A stretch of DNA of 63,529 bases, counting the filler. It is 10 parts of 10 records of this genome, joined end to end, with 100 filler letters (N's around TTAATTAATTAA, not from the genome) between each part and the next. Parts side by side here need not be neighbours in the genome. Positions count along the whole stretch, not along the records: positions 45,213 to 50,666 come from SRR31147125_105131; positions 50,767 to 56,521 come from SRR31147125_105192; positions 56,622 to 63,529 come from SRR31147125_105345; 7 more parts are not named here. One strand, given 5' to 3'. The notes under the pieces were generated by a model, which searched no databases, was not told the origin of the DNA, and saw only the letters and a program-made list of their open reading frames with translations. The first letter of the stretch is position 1; every line of letters begins with the position of its first letter. A program made the position numbers and the translations under genes. Below, piece by piece: positions 45,402-57,119 of this stretch.

Positions 45402-46343
45402 ATGGCATACCGGCATGTAAGCGCCATGGTGCATGAGGTGATGGCATCTTTGGCCTGCCGGCCCGGCGGGACCTATGCCGATTGTACTTTGGGCGGTGCC
45501 GGGCATGCACGGACGATCTGTGAAGCGGTCGGCCCCAAAGGGCGCCTGGTCGGCATCGATCAGGATAGCGACGCAATTGCCAATGCCGAAAACGTATTGA
45601 AGCCTTTTGCAACAGATATACGGCTTTTTCACGGCAACTTTACCGGTCTGCCGGATTTTCTGTCCCAGCTGGGCATCGAGGCCGTGGACGGTATCCTTCT
45701 CGACCTGGGTCTCTCACAACACCAGATCGAATCGAGCGGCCGCGGGTTTACATTTCAGAAAGATGAGCCGCTCGATATGCGCATGGACAAACGCAGCCAA
45801 AAGAGCGCTGAAGATCTGGTCAACCAGCTTGCCGAACCGGCGTTGGCAGCCCTTTTTCAAAGATATGGTGAGGAGCGCTGGTCGAAGCGCATTGCACGTG
45901 CCATCGTTTCGGCCCGTCGCAGCGAGCCGATTCGCACCACCGGCCAACTGGTCGACCTGGTGCACCAGGCGGTTCCGCGAAAGGCGGCGGCGCAGCAGAA
46001 AATCCATCCGGCAACCCGCATTTTTATGGCGCTGCGCATCGCGGTCAATGATGAGCTGGCGTGTCTCGACCAATTTCTCACCTCAGGAGTCGATTTGCTG
46101 AAGCCCGGCGGCCGCATGTGCGTCCTGTCGTTTCACAGCCTGGAAGACCGAATGGTCAAACAGCGTTTCAGGCATTGGGCCGATCCGTGCACTTGCCCGC
46201 CAGATTTGCCCTATTGTGGTTGTGGCGCGCAGCCGTTGGTCAAGCTCATTACCAGAAAGGTCGTCCGACCATCGGCAGAGGAGATAGCGCGTAATCCCAT
46301 GGCCCGCAGCACGCGTTTGCGTTGCGCGGAGCGGCTTGGTTGA
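45402..46343 (+). CDS. rsmH: 16S rRNA m4C1402 methyltransferase
   Basis: DCTLGGAGH, LDLGLS, PLDMRMD, HPATR, SFHSLEDR. Confidence 0.96.
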   Translation: MAYRHVSAMVHEVMASLACRPGGTYADCTLGGAGHARTICEAVGPKGRLVGIDQDSDAIANAENVLKPFATDIRLFHGNFTGLPDFLSQLGIEAVDGILLDLGLSQHQIESSGRGFTFQKDEPLDMRMDKRSQKSAEDLVNQLAEPALAALFQRYGEERWSKRIARAIVSARRSEPIRTTGQLVDLVHQAVPRKAAAQQKIHPATRIFMALRIAVNDELACLDQFLTSGVDLLKPGGRMCVLSFHSLEDRMVKQRFRHWADPCTCPPDLPYCGCGAQPLVKLITRKVVRPSAEEIARNPMARSTRLRCAERLG

Positions 46344-46361
46344 GCAACGGAGAGGCCACCC

Positions 46362-46676
46362 ATGGCGAAAAAGGTACCCTCGACTAAAAAACAGGCGAAA
46401 AAGCAGGCGAGAAAAAGCACCGGTCTGTTGTGGGTGGTCCTGTTGACGCTTTTTATGGGGGAACTGCTCCTCTATACCTGGTGCCGGATGGAGTGTGTCC
46501 AGATCGGTATCGCCATCACAACGGAGAACCACAGGCAAGAAGAGCTGCAGCTGTTAAGAAACAGCCTGAGGATCGAACTGGCCCATCTAAAGGCGCCGGA
46601 GAGTATTTCGCGCGTTGCGCGCGAGCGATTGGCATTGGCTATGCCGGAACCCGAACAGATTGTTTTAGTGCCGTAA
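46362..46676 (+). CDS. ftsL: Cell division protein FtsL
   Basis: Single TM helix plus leucine zipper, between rsmH and ftsI. Confidence 0.88.
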   Translation: MAKKVPSTKKQAKKQARKSTGLLWVVLLTLFMGELLLYTWCRMECVQIGIAITTENHRQEELQLLRNSLRIELAHLKAPESISRVARERLALAMPEPEQIVLVP

Positions 46677-46677
46677 A

Positions 46678-48409
46678 ATGAAGATCAAAAATCCATACGC
46701 CTTCAGGGCGGCTATTGTGTTCAGCCTCTTTATGCTCTGGTTGGCGGTGATCGGCGCCCGTGCCGCATATTGGCAAATCTATAAAGGGAGCTGGCTTTCC
46801 GGAAAGGCGGCGGTGCAGTATGAGCGGGAATTGACGCTCCAGAGCAAGCGCGGGGCTATTTATGACCGTCGCAATGAGGCGATGGCGGTGAGTATCGAAA
46901 CGACCTCTGTGGCTGCTTATCCCGCTGCAGTGCAGGAGAAGCGACAGGTCGCCCTCAAACTGGCCAAGGCGCTCCATCTCAAGGGCGGCGAGGTTCGAAA
47001 GCTTTTGGCCAGCGACCGCTCCTTTGTGTGGCTCAAGCGTCAGGCCACCCCCAAAGAGGTGGCGGCTGTCAAGAAACTGGAGCTGAAAGGCGTCGATTTC
47101 CTGCCGGAACACAGCCGCTTCTACCCCAATACCACCCTGGCTGCGCAGGTCCTGGGATTCACCGGTATCGACGGTCAGGGCCTGGAGGGGCTGGAGTTTA
47201 TTTATAACGCAGAGCTGAAGGGGGCGGCCGACAAGATAACCGTATTCAAAGACGCGTTAGGGCGAGGATTTGAGGCGGACCGATGGGCGGCCGTCAATCA
47301 GGCCGGCAACAACTTGATTTTGACCATCGATCGCCAGGTTCAGTTCATCGCCGAGAGTGCCCTTGCAGATGCGGTGACCGAAAACGAAGCCCGCTCAGGA
47401 ATGGCCCTGGTGATGGATACGCAGACCGGTGCGATGCTGGGTATTGCGCATTATCCGTTTTTCAACCCCAACGCTTTTCGCCGTTCCGATCGGACCACAT
47501 GGCGCAACAGGGCCATCACCGACCCCTTCGAACCGGGCTCGACCATGAAGATATTCAGCGCCGCGGCAGCTCTTGAGAGTGGAGAGAGCAGGGCCGGTAC
47601 CATCTATTACTGTGAGAACGGAACCTATGTGGTGGGTGGCCATACAGTGCACGACAGCAAGCCATACGGATGGCTGTCTCTGCAGCAGATCGTCAAATAT
47701 TCGAGCAATATCGGTACGGTGAAGGTGGCCGAACAGGTCGGTGCGCATCGCCTGTACGACTACCTGAGGACTTTCGGCTTTGGCGAGCGCACCGGCATCG
47801 ACTGTCCAGGAGAGTCATCAGGCAGTCTTTCCAGTTACAAAAGGTGGACCACGGTGGATACGAGTGCCATCTCATTCGGCCAGGGAATGTCGGTTACTGC
47901 TGTGCAGCTGCTTGCATCGGCGTCCGCTCTGGCCAATGACGGTATGATGATGCAGCCCTATGTGGTTCAGGCCATCACCGACCGAAATGGCCGCCCGGTG
48001 AGAAACGTGGCCCCCAAAGCGGTACGCCAGGTGGTGTCGGCTCAAACGGCATTGACCGTCCGTCGCATCATGCGCAGCGTCATTACGGAGGGTGGCACCG
48101 GTGTCAAGGCCGATGTGGACGGATACGAGGTGTGCGGCAAGACCGGCACTGCTCAAAAAATCGACCGGAAGGGAAACTACTCCAAGGAGCTCTATACGGC
48201 CTCTTTTATCGGCTTCGCACCGACCGAGCGGCCGGTGATCGCTGTACTGGTGGTGGTTGACGAGCCCAAACGGAACGTATACGGCGGTTCGGTGGCGGCG
48301 CCGGCTTTCAGCCGGATCGTCAAGGAGACGCTATGGGTATTTGAATGTGGTGCCACCGTCCAACTGGCAGAAACTAAGGGTGGCCAGGGATATTAAGGTA
48401 AGGGGATGA
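46678..48409 (+). CDS. ftsI: Peptidoglycan transpeptidase FtsI/PBP3 (apparent extra base near 48333)
   Basis: RGAIYDR, EPGSTMK, SSN, KTGTAQ; corrected tail LGYLNVVP...RG* overlaps the murE ATG. Confidence 0.93.
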
Positions 48410-49977
48410 AATTGGCCCGTCTCATACATGCAGTGGAACTTGACGGCGGCGGCCTCGATGTGGCGGTCGGTGCATCCCTGCGTGATGCCCCCGGTGGTGA
48501 ACTGACCGTCAACGGCCTTTTCTACCGCGCCCAGGAGATGACGCCGGGCGGGGCGTTTATCGCCATCAAGGGGTTTGCCGCAGACGGTCACGATTACATC
48601 GACCAGGCGATACAGCGCGGCGCAGCCGCAGTTTTCTGCGAACGGGTCGTGCCGGGCAGCGAACATCTGTCCATACCGGTGCTGGATGGGCGCAAGGCAA
48701 TGGCGGCCCTGGCCGCTGAATACTACGGCCATCCGTCCCGGGCCATGACGGTGGTCGGCATTACCGGTACCAGCGGCAAGACAACGGTCAGCTACCTGAT
48801 CGAGAGTATTTTGAAATCAGCCGGTCTTTCGGTGGGAGTCATCGGCACGATCAACTACCGGTACGATGGAAAGTGCTTCGACAACCCGGTCACCACGCCG
48901 GAATCACTCGACCTCCAGCGCATTCTGGCCGAGATGGAGGCCTTCGGTGTCACCCACGTGGTGATGGAGATCTCGTCCCACGCACTTGATTTGAACCGGG
49001 TCCACGCTTGCGACGTGGATGTGGCGCTCTTTACCAATCTGTCCCAGGACCACCTCGACTTTCACGACACCATGGAGAGCTATTGGTTGAGCAAGCAACA
49101 GCTCTTTACCCATGTTCTGCCCAGTTCCAAAGGCAGGGTCCGGACGCGGGCCGTGGTCAATATCGACGATCCCCGGGGGAGTGATCTGTCCGAAACGCTG
49201 ACCCTGCCGCTTCTCTCCACCGGCAAAAGCGAAAGGGCTGAGATCAGAGTTGGTTCTAACCAGATCGATCCGCGCGGCATTGAGGCCGTCGTCCACACAC
49301 CCGTTGGTGAGCTGAAGATCCGATCGGCGCTGGTGGGGCACCACAACCTGGAGAACATCCTCAACGCCATCGGCGCCGCTGTGGCTTTGGGGATTGAAGG
49401 AGACGCGATTAAAAGGGGCGTCAAATCCCTGGAGAACGTGCCGGGCCGCCTGGAGCGTGTCGACGACCCGACAGGAGGCCGCTTCATCTGCGTCGATTAT
49501 GCCCACAAGCCGGATGCCCTGGAGAAGACGTTGACGGCGGTGCGGGCCGTATCTCGGGGGCGCATCATCTCCGTATTTGGATGCGGCGGGGATCGCGACC
49601 GGGCCAAGCGACCGCTCATGGGGGAGATCGCTGCCCGCCTGAGCGATTTGACGGTGGTGACTTCCGACAACCCGCGGACCGAGCCGCCGGAGAGCATCAT
49701 TGAGCAAATCGTCAAAGGGGTGTCCCAAGCGTGTAACCGGCGCTACCGGCCCGAGGCGCTCAACAGAGGGTTCGATGAAAAAGGTTACGTGGTGGTGCCT
49801 GATCGCAGGGAGGCCATCACCCTTGGTATACGGGCCGCCAGGCCGGGAGACACCGTGCTGATCGCAGGTAAAGGGCACGAGCCCTACCAGATATTGGGGA
49901 AAGAGAAGTTCCCTTTTGATGATCGTATCGAAGCCGAAACTGCGCTGGAGGCGTTAACGATCGCAGCAGCGACCTGA
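48406..49977 (+). CDS. murE: UDP-MurNAc-dipeptide:meso-DAP ligase
   Basis: GITGTSGKTT, MEISSH, QDHLDFH, DYAH, CGGDRD, SDNPR (DAP specificity), AGKGHE. Confidence 0.96.
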   Translation: MKLARLIHAVELDGGGLDVAVGASLRDAPGGELTVNGLFYRAQEMTPGGAFIAIKGFAADGHDYIDQAIQRGAAAVFCERVVPGSEHLSIPVLDGRKAMAALAAEYYGHPSRAMTVVGITGTSGKTTVSYLIESILKSAGLSVGVIGTINYRYDGKCFDNPVTTPESLDLQRILAEMEAFGVTHVVMEISSHALDLNRVHACDVDVALFTNLSQDHLDFHDTMESYWLSKQQLFTHVLPSSKGRVRTRAVVNIDDPRGSDLSETLTLPLLSTGKSERAEIRVGSNQIDPRGIEAVVHTPVGELKIRSALVGHHNLENILNAIGAAVALGIEGDAIKRGVKSLENVPGRLERVDDPTGGRFICVDYAHKPDALEKTLTAVRAVSRGRIISVFGCGGDRDRAKRPLMGEIAARLSDLTVVTSDNPRTEPPESIIEQIVKGVSQACNRRYRPEALNRGFDEKGYVVVPDRREAITLGIRAARPGDTVLIAGKGHEPYQILGKEKFPFDDRIEAETALEALTIAAAT

Positions 49978-49990
49978 TGAATGGAAGGCG

Positions 49991-50666
49991 ATGCAGTGGA
50001 CCACTGACCATATTATAGAAGCAACCAGCGGCCGCCTGCTCTACGGCCCGCCGGAGGCACGCTTCTCAAACGTGGGCATCGATTCGCGAACGATTGGTGA
50101 GGATCACCTGTTTGTGGCCATACCTGGTGAACGTCACGACGGCCACACGTTTTTAACCCAGGTGATTGAGAAGGGCGTCAGGGGGCTGTTGGTTCAGGCT
50201 GGTAGTGCCGCTAAGTTTCGGCATGCTGAATGGCAGGCGCTGGGGACAACCTGTGTCGAAGTGGAAGATACCACCCGTGCCCTGGGGGCGCTTGCCGCCT
50301 TTCAGCGAGGGGACGCGGATATACCGGTGGTGGCCATTACCGGATCCAACGGTAAGACCACAACGCGCCAGATGAGTGCTCTGGTAATCGCCCAGCGGTT
50401 CAACACGCTTACGACCCAGGGCAACTTCAACAATGAGATCGGCCTCCCGCTCACCCTGTTTCGTCTATCGTCCGAGCATGAGGCTGCCGTTTTGGAGTTG
50501 GGCATGAACCATCTGGGTGAGATCGAGCGCCTGGGCGCCATCTGCCGGCCGACCATCGGCGTGATTACCAATGTGGGCCCGGCCCACCTGGAGTTTCTGG
50601 GGTCCCTGGAGGGCGTTGCCCAGGCAAAGGGGGAGTTGATCCCCCAAATCGATGCCCGGGGGACGG
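49991..50666 (+). CDS. murF: UDP-MurNAc-tripeptide:D-Ala-D-Ala ligase, 3'-truncated
   Basis: DSR, ITGSNGKTT, NFNNEIGLP, ELGMNHLGEI. Confidence 0.95.
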
Positions 50667-50829
50667 NNNNNNNNNNNNNNNNNNNNNNNNNNNNNNNNNN
50701 NNNNNNNNNNTTAATTAATTAANNNNNNNNNNNNNNNNNNNNNNNNNNNNNNNNNNNNNNNNNNNNTTTTTTTGAGTTGCCAGCCGAGAGCGCCAGGCTG
50801 GCGCTAAAAGGGAGTCGTTTTCCGCAGAA

Positions 50830-51837
50830 CTATTCTGCGGTGGGCGGCCTACTGGAGTGGCGCTGGATCAATTTGGGTAAAAAGTAGTTGTTATAGTTGA
50901 GTTTGGATTTGCCGTAGGCATTTTTCAGTACCCAACGAGCCGCCATTTTTCCCATGTCATGGATAGGGTATTCGACTGTCGTTAAGGTCGGGTGAAGCAG
51001 GTGGGCATAGTGAACGTTATCGAAGCCCACGATGGATAGCTCATCCGGCACCTTGATGCCGCGTTGCGAAGCACTGATCATGGCTCCAGAAGCCATCTCA
51101 TCATTCCCGCATGCTAATGCCGTAAAGGAGACTCCGCTATTGAGTAAGTAGATTAAGCCGCTACTGCCTCCCGCTTCTCGGTAATCGGACTCGAATAGCA
51201 AGGCTGGATCTGGCTTGATCCCAGCTTCGGCTAAAGCTTGGCTGTGGCCCGCAAAGCGTTCACTGGCATCATGCTTCCACAATGGCCCTGAAATATAGGC
51301 AATATTTCGGTGACCTTGCTCAATGAGTAGCTGGGTAGCCATGTAGCCACCCAGTCGGTTATCCAGGCTGATGCATTGTGACTCCAGTGCTTTTAGGCTC
51401 CGATTCAGCATCACAAAGGGGACTTTACCTTTGGACAGCTCAATCAGGTAGCTGTCGGATAAGGCTTCAGCCAAGAGAATGAGTGCATCACAGCCTCGGC
51501 CGATCAGAAACTCCACCCCCTCTTTTTCGGTCTCTTCATCGTCATGGCCCGCTGCGATGATGACGTGTTTGCCAGCCTTACGGAATTCAGACTCAACCCC
51601 GCTCATCAGAGGACCATAGAAAGGACTGTTGAGCTCAGCGACCAGTACACCAATGCTATCTGTGCGATTCAGTGCCAGAGACTGAGCCGCGGAGTTGGGG
51701 CGATAGTCCAGCTGATGCATGGCATCTATGACCTTTTGTTTGGTCTTGTCTGAGACTTTCGCTTTCTGGTTAATCACTCTTGAAACGGTTGCAAGTGAGA
51801 CTCCAGCAAGCTCAGAAACTTGGTAAATAGTGGCCAT
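50830..51837 (-). CDS. LacI-family transcriptional regulator
   Basis: TIYQVSELAGVSLATVSRV, YRPN, SIVGFDN, LTTV. Confidence 0.95.
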   Translation of the reverse strand: MATIYQVSELAGVSLATVSRVINQKAKVSDKTKQKVIDAMHQLDYRPNSAAQSLALNRTDSIGVLVAELNSPFYGPLMSGVESEFRKAGKHVIIAAGHDDEETEKEGVEFLIGRGCDALILLAEALSDSYLIELSKGKVPFVMLNRSLKALESQCISLDNRLGGYMATQLLIEQGHRNIAYISGPLWKHDASERFAGHSQALAEAGIKPDPALLFESDYREAGGSSGLIYLLNSGVSFTALACGNDEMASGAMISASQRGIKVPDELSIVGFDNVHYAHLLHPTLTTVEYPIHDMGKMAARWVLKNAYGKSKLNYNNYFLPKLIQRHSSRPPTAE

Positions 51838-51872
51838 GGTGAATGGATCGATTCTCAGGAAATGTATAATGC

Positions 51873-51898
51873 GCCGCTCATCTTACACGATGAGCGGC
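51873..51898. terminator. Hairpin between the symporter and lacI genes (terminator or mRNA stabiliser)
   Basis: GCCGCTCATC-TTACAC-GATGAGCGGC perfect 10-bp stem; weak U tract. Confidence 0.5.
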
Positions 51899-51904
51899 AG
51901 GGAA

Positions 51905-53335
51905 TTAACAAGTACCAGATTGCAACTGCTGATGCACCTCTTCTACTTTCTTATCGTTTAGCGTGTACCAACGCATGGCAAATGCAACGACCAAGCACGA
52001 AAGCGCAGGCCAGATAGTAAAGGTGATAAGAATACCCTGAATGGTTTCCTCTGACTGGACTTCCAGATCTGCATTGTAGCCGTAATAGGCCAGCAGCCAG
52101 GCGGCAATTGCGCCACCAAGCGCCACTCCCAATTTGATGAAAAAGACAACGGTTGAATAGACTAGGCCGGTCACACGAAGGCCGGTTTTGAGGTGGCCGT
52201 AATCAATGGTATCTGCCATTTTGGCCCACAGCATTGGGGTCGCCATTTGAAGGAAGAAGCAATAGATGAAATTCATGAAAATAGCGGTGCCAATTTGCTC
52301 CGGGGAGACAAAGAAGCTTAGGCCACAAATGATGGCCGCAATAAACTGCAAGCCGACATAAGCTTTGACCTTATCGATTTTCCTGGTGACGTGTTGTGCG
52401 GCGTAGCAGCCCAATATGTTGCCGATCATGCCTATGGTTAAAAACAGTGTGATGAGCACAGGCACCAACTTGTCGAGCGCTTGTTCAGGTGACAAACCTT
52501 GGTAGCTGTTACCCACAAATAGTTTCACCAAGTCGAACTCAAGGTAGGGCAGAGCCATGCTTACATCGAGGTAATTCTTGACGTAATAGATGGCCAGCGT
52601 ATTTCGAATAAGCATGCCGGTCAGCAGCATAATGGCGGCAACACAAAGGATGCGCCATTGATCGTTTTGCCACAGTGAGCGCATCCCGGCTCGCAAATTC
52701 AGTTGCTGATCTTTAGGAGGACTCACTCTCTCTTTGGTGCCAGCAAAGCAGAGCAAAAACAGGATGATGCCAACGGCACTCATGGCAGCCATAGTGTACT
52801 GAAAGCCTTTTGCCTCGTCGCCGTTACCAAAGTACTCCACTAAAGGTAGGGTAAGCGAGGTGACGATCAATCCGCCAATCATGCCAAACACAAAGCGATA
52901 ACTCTGCACTGAGACGCGGTCTTTTGGATCATCCGTTAACACGCCACCCAGAGCCGAATAAGGGATATTGATTGCCGTATACGCCAACATCAACAGGATG
53001 TAGGTGACATAGGCATAGAGCACCTTATAGGTAGGTGTTAGATCGGGTGTGGTAAAAGCCAACACACTGACGATGGCAAAGGGAGCCGCGAGCCACACCA
53101 GGTAAGGACGATAGTGGCCCCATCGCGTCGCTGTTTTATCTGCAAAAGCTCCCATGAGAGGATCAGTGATCGCGTCAATCACACGAACCACCAAAAACAT
53201 GGTGCCCACCACTGCTGCCGAAATGCCAAAGACATCGGTGTAAAAATAGGTGATGAAGGACATCACAACGGCAAAAATAAAATTACTTGCGGTGTCGCCC
53301 AGGCCATAGGCAACTTTTTCTTTGGTTTTCAGCAT
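51905..53335 (-). CDS. Glycoside-pentoside-hexuronide (GPH) cation symporter
   Basis: EKVAYGLGD, DAITDPLMG, TRWGHYRPY, NIPYSAL, ADTIDYG. Confidence 0.93.
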   Translation of the reverse strand: MLKTKEKVAYGLGDTASNFIFAVVMSFITYFYTDVFGISAAVVGTMFLVVRVIDAITDPLMGAFADKTATRWGHYRPYLVWLAAPFAIVSVLAFTTPDLTPTYKVLYAYVTYILLMLAYTAINIPYSALGGVLTDDPKDRVSVQSYRFVFGMIGGLIVTSLTLPLVEYFGNGDEAKGFQYTMAAMSAVGIILFLLCFAGTKERVSPPKDQQLNLRAGMRSLWQNDQWRILCVAAIMLLTGMLIRNTLAIYYVKNYLDVSMALPYLEFDLVKLFVGNSYQGLSPEQALDKLVPVLITLFLTIGMIGNILGCYAAQHVTRKIDKVKAYVGLQFIAAIICGLSFFVSPEQIGTAIFMNFIYCFFLQMATPMLWAKMADTIDYGHLKTGLRVTGLVYSTVVFFIKLGVALGGAIAAWLLAYYGYNADLEVQSEETIQGILITFTIWPALSCLVVAFAMRWYTLNDKKVEEVHQQLQSGTC

Positions 53336-53471
53336 GAAGCTAACCCTGGTTGTCAGACTAATTGTGGTGAGAGCCATCACTCATTTGGTTTTCCTGCAGT
53401 GACACAAGGTCTTCTCTGACCTGCGTGTTAATGGCTCCTGGATACTCTCTTGTACGCCGTTTATCTAAAAA

Positions 53472-53485
53472 GGAAAGCGCTTACA
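53472..53485. promoter_or_regulatory. LacI-type operator upstream of the symporter
   Basis: GGAAAGCGCTTACA, a 12/14 match to the perfect site at 53857. Confidence 0.75.
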
Positions 53486-53841
53486 TTATGCTATGGGGTT
53501 ACAGAGGGGAGATCAAGTGGAGAGTGCTGCTTCAGGTCAAAATCTTCGTTGACGTCACAAATTGATAATCTGCGGGTTGGTACCCACTCGTTGCCTGCCC
53601 TAAAAGGTTGTGAATATGCTCAGTTTGGTTGCAGGGTTGAGTAGTGAGAGGTTTGTGGGAAGTTAATTGATATTTATATAATTATTTTGACTGTCGACCT
53701 TTGTTTTCTATCTGTTCAAGGCTCAGTGAAGGGGCAGGGTGAAGTCAAGGTGAGGAGATGCATTTCCAACCCAGGCTTTTGTCTGAACGAGGCTCTGATT
53801 TTCGTGGGCTGAAACTATTTGCTCTTGCAATGTCGTCTAAA

Positions 53842-53870
53842 TGTTATAAAAATAAATGTAAGCGCTTACA
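53842..53870 (+). promoter_or_regulatory. Extended -10 promoter and perfect LacI operator upstream of the phosphorylase
   Basis: TG-T-TATAAA (53842-53850), then palindrome TGTAAGCGCTTACA (53857-53870) over the expected +1. Confidence 0.82.
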
Positions 53871-53925
53871 ATTTGTGCCTTGTTAAGACGAGTGGCGGTC
53901 AAATGAGTAAGGCAAAATAATTTAG

Positions 53926-56521
53926 ATGACTGAGGTTTATGATATGACAACTACACAGTTGGCGACTGAAGCCAGCGAAAGCGGGTTTGTAACGCTCAAT
54001 GGGGAACGTTTCTACGTCATCAGGGATTACGACCAGATGCCTCCTTTTTTTATCAGTTTGGTTTCCAGCAGTGATCACTGGCTTTTTATCTCATCGACGG
54101 GGGCGTTAACCGCAGGCCGAGCTCAGCCTGAAAATGGACTATTTCCCTATGAGTCGGTGGATAAGATCCATAGTAATGCTCGTAAAACAGGCTCCCAGTC
54201 AGCGCTTTGGGTTCAGACCGAGCAAGGTCCCGTATTGTGGGAACCCTTTGTGGAGCAGAGCCCAGGTGGCCCTAATGTCACACGTACCTTGGCTAAGAAT
54301 TTGCTCGGTAGCAAATTGCTGTTCAGCGAAACTAACCACGATCTGGGGCTTAAATTCAGCTACAGCTGGAGTATGAGTGAGCCATTTGGCTTTGTCCGCA
54401 AAAGCTATCTGGAGAACCTGGCAGACAACACAGTTGAGATTCGTTTGCTCGATGGGGTGACCAACCTTCTGCCCTGGGCTGTTCCCCGCAAAACTCAAAC
54501 CGAGTCGAGTTGTTTAGTCGATGCTTACAAGTGGAGCGAGTTGGATCCAAAGACCAATCATGCGGTCTTTGCTCTTTACGCAGCAATCACAGACCAAGCC
54601 TCCCCGAGTGAAGCGTTAAAGGCCTCTACTGTCTTTAGTCTTGGATTGCCTCAGGCCAAAGTGTTGTTGTCAACTCGCCAGCTCAAAGCGTTTCGAATGG
54701 GGCACCCTGTTAACGACGAGCAATTAGCTCGTGCGGAGCCGGGAGCCTATCTGCTAACGGCTGAGCTTAAGCTGAGCGGCCAGACTCAGCAAAGTTGGCA
54801 GTTGATAGCTGATGTGAGTCAAACTCAGTCGGATGTTGTCGCAATACGACAGCAGATCATTCAAAACCCACAGTTGGCCGACGACATCGAACGTTCGATA
54901 GAAGCTAATTGTGATGAGCTCGCTCGTTTGATAGCTGCGGCCGATGGTTTTCAAGTGACGGCTGAGGAGCAGGTTAGCACTCACCACTATGCCAATGTGC
55001 TTTTCAACGTCATGCGTGGCGGTCTTTTCAACGAGCACTATCAAGTGTCTCGAGAAGATTTTAATGCCACTGTCTCTCTGCTAAATCGGCCTGTTTGGCA
55101 AAAGCATCAGCCTTTTTTCGAACAACTGCCAGACGTTTTGTCTTATCAGCAACTGCATCAAGCGGTAGCAGAACAACAAGACCCTCAATTAACACGATTA
55201 TGTTACGAGTACCTGCCCATCACCTTTGGTCGTCGCCATGGCGATCCGAGTCGCCCATGGAACCATTTCGTGATTAGGCTGCGTGATGAATCAGGTAACC
55301 GACTGTTGTCTTATCAAGGGAACTGGCGTGATATTTTCCAGAACTGGGAAGCCTTAGTGATCAGCTACCCTGGCTTTATTGAGAATATCATTGCCAAGTT
55401 CGTTAACGCCTCAACGGTAGATGGCTACAACCCATATCGGATCACCAAAGAAGGCATCGATTGGGAGGTGCACGAGCCTGATGACCCATGGAGTAACATT
55501 GGTTATTGGGGCGATCACCAGATTATCTATTTGCTCAAATTGCTCGAGGCTTCGAACCAGTTCCACCCAGGGCAACTTCAACAACTACTGCAGCAGCCTC
55601 TGTTCTGCTATGCCAACGTGCCTTATGCCATTAAGCCGTTAGCCGATTTGGTCGCGGATCCTAAAAATACCGTTGATTTTGACCACGACAAAGCTCGGTT
55701 AATCGAACAGCGAGTGAAAACCTTGGGGGCAGATGGCAAGCTGGTACTGACCGACAGTGAGGACGTTTATCAGGTCAATCTGTTTGAAAAGCTGTTGGTG
55801 CCGCTGTTATCCAAATTGAGCAACCTGGTGGTTGACGGTGGGATCTGGCTGAATACGCAGCGCCCCGAGTGGAATGATGCGAACAACGCATTAGTGGGTC
55901 AGGGGCTCTCCATGGTCACTATGTACTACTTGCGCCGTTACATTTATTTTTTCCAGCAATTGCTGGAGGAGCAAAATGAAATCGCGTTTGACTTGTCCCT
56001 AGAGGTGATGGAGTGGGCGCAGGAGATGGCTAGAGTGCTGGCCTGCTACTCACCACAATTGAGTAACACTGACGTGAGCGACACATATCGCTGGCAAGTG
56101 CTCAGTATGCTGGGTGAGGCAGCGACTCACTATCGTGAGCAAGTCTATGCACACGGCTTTAGTGGCAGCGCAACCATACCTGTGGCAGTGGTAAGTCGAA
56201 TGCTAAAGGATGCTCTGGCATTTGTGGATCACTCCATTGCGCACAATGTGCGTCAGGATGGCTTGTATGAATCTTATAACTTACTAGAGGTGTTGCCGGA
56301 AAAAGCCAGTGTTGACGAGCTCTATCCTATGCTGGAAGGGCAGGTGGCAGTCTTGAGTGCAGGAGCTCTCTCTCCGCAGCAGTGCGTCAGGTTGTTAAGC
56401 GCTTTGTTTGCCAGCGACATGTGGCGGTCCGATCAAAAGACCTTCATGCTCTACCCAGATCGAGAACTGCCGGGCTTTCTCGAGAAGAACCAAATTCCTG
56501 CAGACCGACTAGAACAGATCC
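53926..56521 (+). CDS. GH149-family beta-1,3-glucan phosphorylase, 3'-truncated
   Basis: RRHGDPSRPWN, YQGNWRDIFQNWE, DGYNPYR, IGYWGDHQ, QRPEWNDANN; motif assignment from recall. Confidence 0.82.
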
Positions 56522-56674
56522 NNNNNNNNNNNNNNNNNNNNNNNNNNNNNNNNNNNNNNNNNNNNTTAATTAATTAANNNNNNNNNNNNNNNNNNNNNNN
56601 NNNNNNNNNNNNNNNNNNNNNGGTCCTGAACACCGGGTGGCATCCATCTCCCTCTCCTCTATTTTACACTGTAA

Positions 56675-57007
56675 TTATTCAGCCTGTTCGGCTTCGTCGT
56701 CAACAACCCACCACTCAGCGGAGGTCTGTTCAACCTGCTGCTTCCGGGCAGCCTGAATAAGGTCGCCTCCATTGGAAGTCTTATTCACCCAGGCCAGGCC
56801 GAAGGAGGTGATAAGAAATACGGCTCCCAATATAGTTGTAAAACGGGTAAGGACGTTTCCGGAACGCGATCCGAAGGTGGACTGGCTTCCGCCGCCGAAC
56901 ATTCCGCCGATACCTTCTCCCTGATCATCCTGAATGAGGACGAAAAAGATAAGCAGTAAAGCACTGATAACAAAAAGTACAAGCAATATGATGCCGATGA
57001 TTCCCAT
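56675..57007 (-). CDS. secG: Preprotein translocase subunit SecG
   Basis: VLIQ...GIGGMFGGG...FGSRSGNVLTRFT, two TM helices. Confidence 0.93.
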   Translation of the reverse strand: MGIIGIILLVLFVISALLLIFFVLIQDDQGEGIGGMFGGGSQSTFGSRSGNVLTRFTTILGAVFLITSFGLAWVNKTSNGGDLIQAARKQQVEQTSAEWWVVDDEAEQAE

Positions 57008-57119
57008 ATTTGACTCCAATTAAAATGATCAACTAAAATTCATGGTATACTACATTATATTTCTAAAAGGGAAAAGCCCTTTTCCTCGCAAATCCGCACA
57101 TGAGAAGAAAATATCCCTC

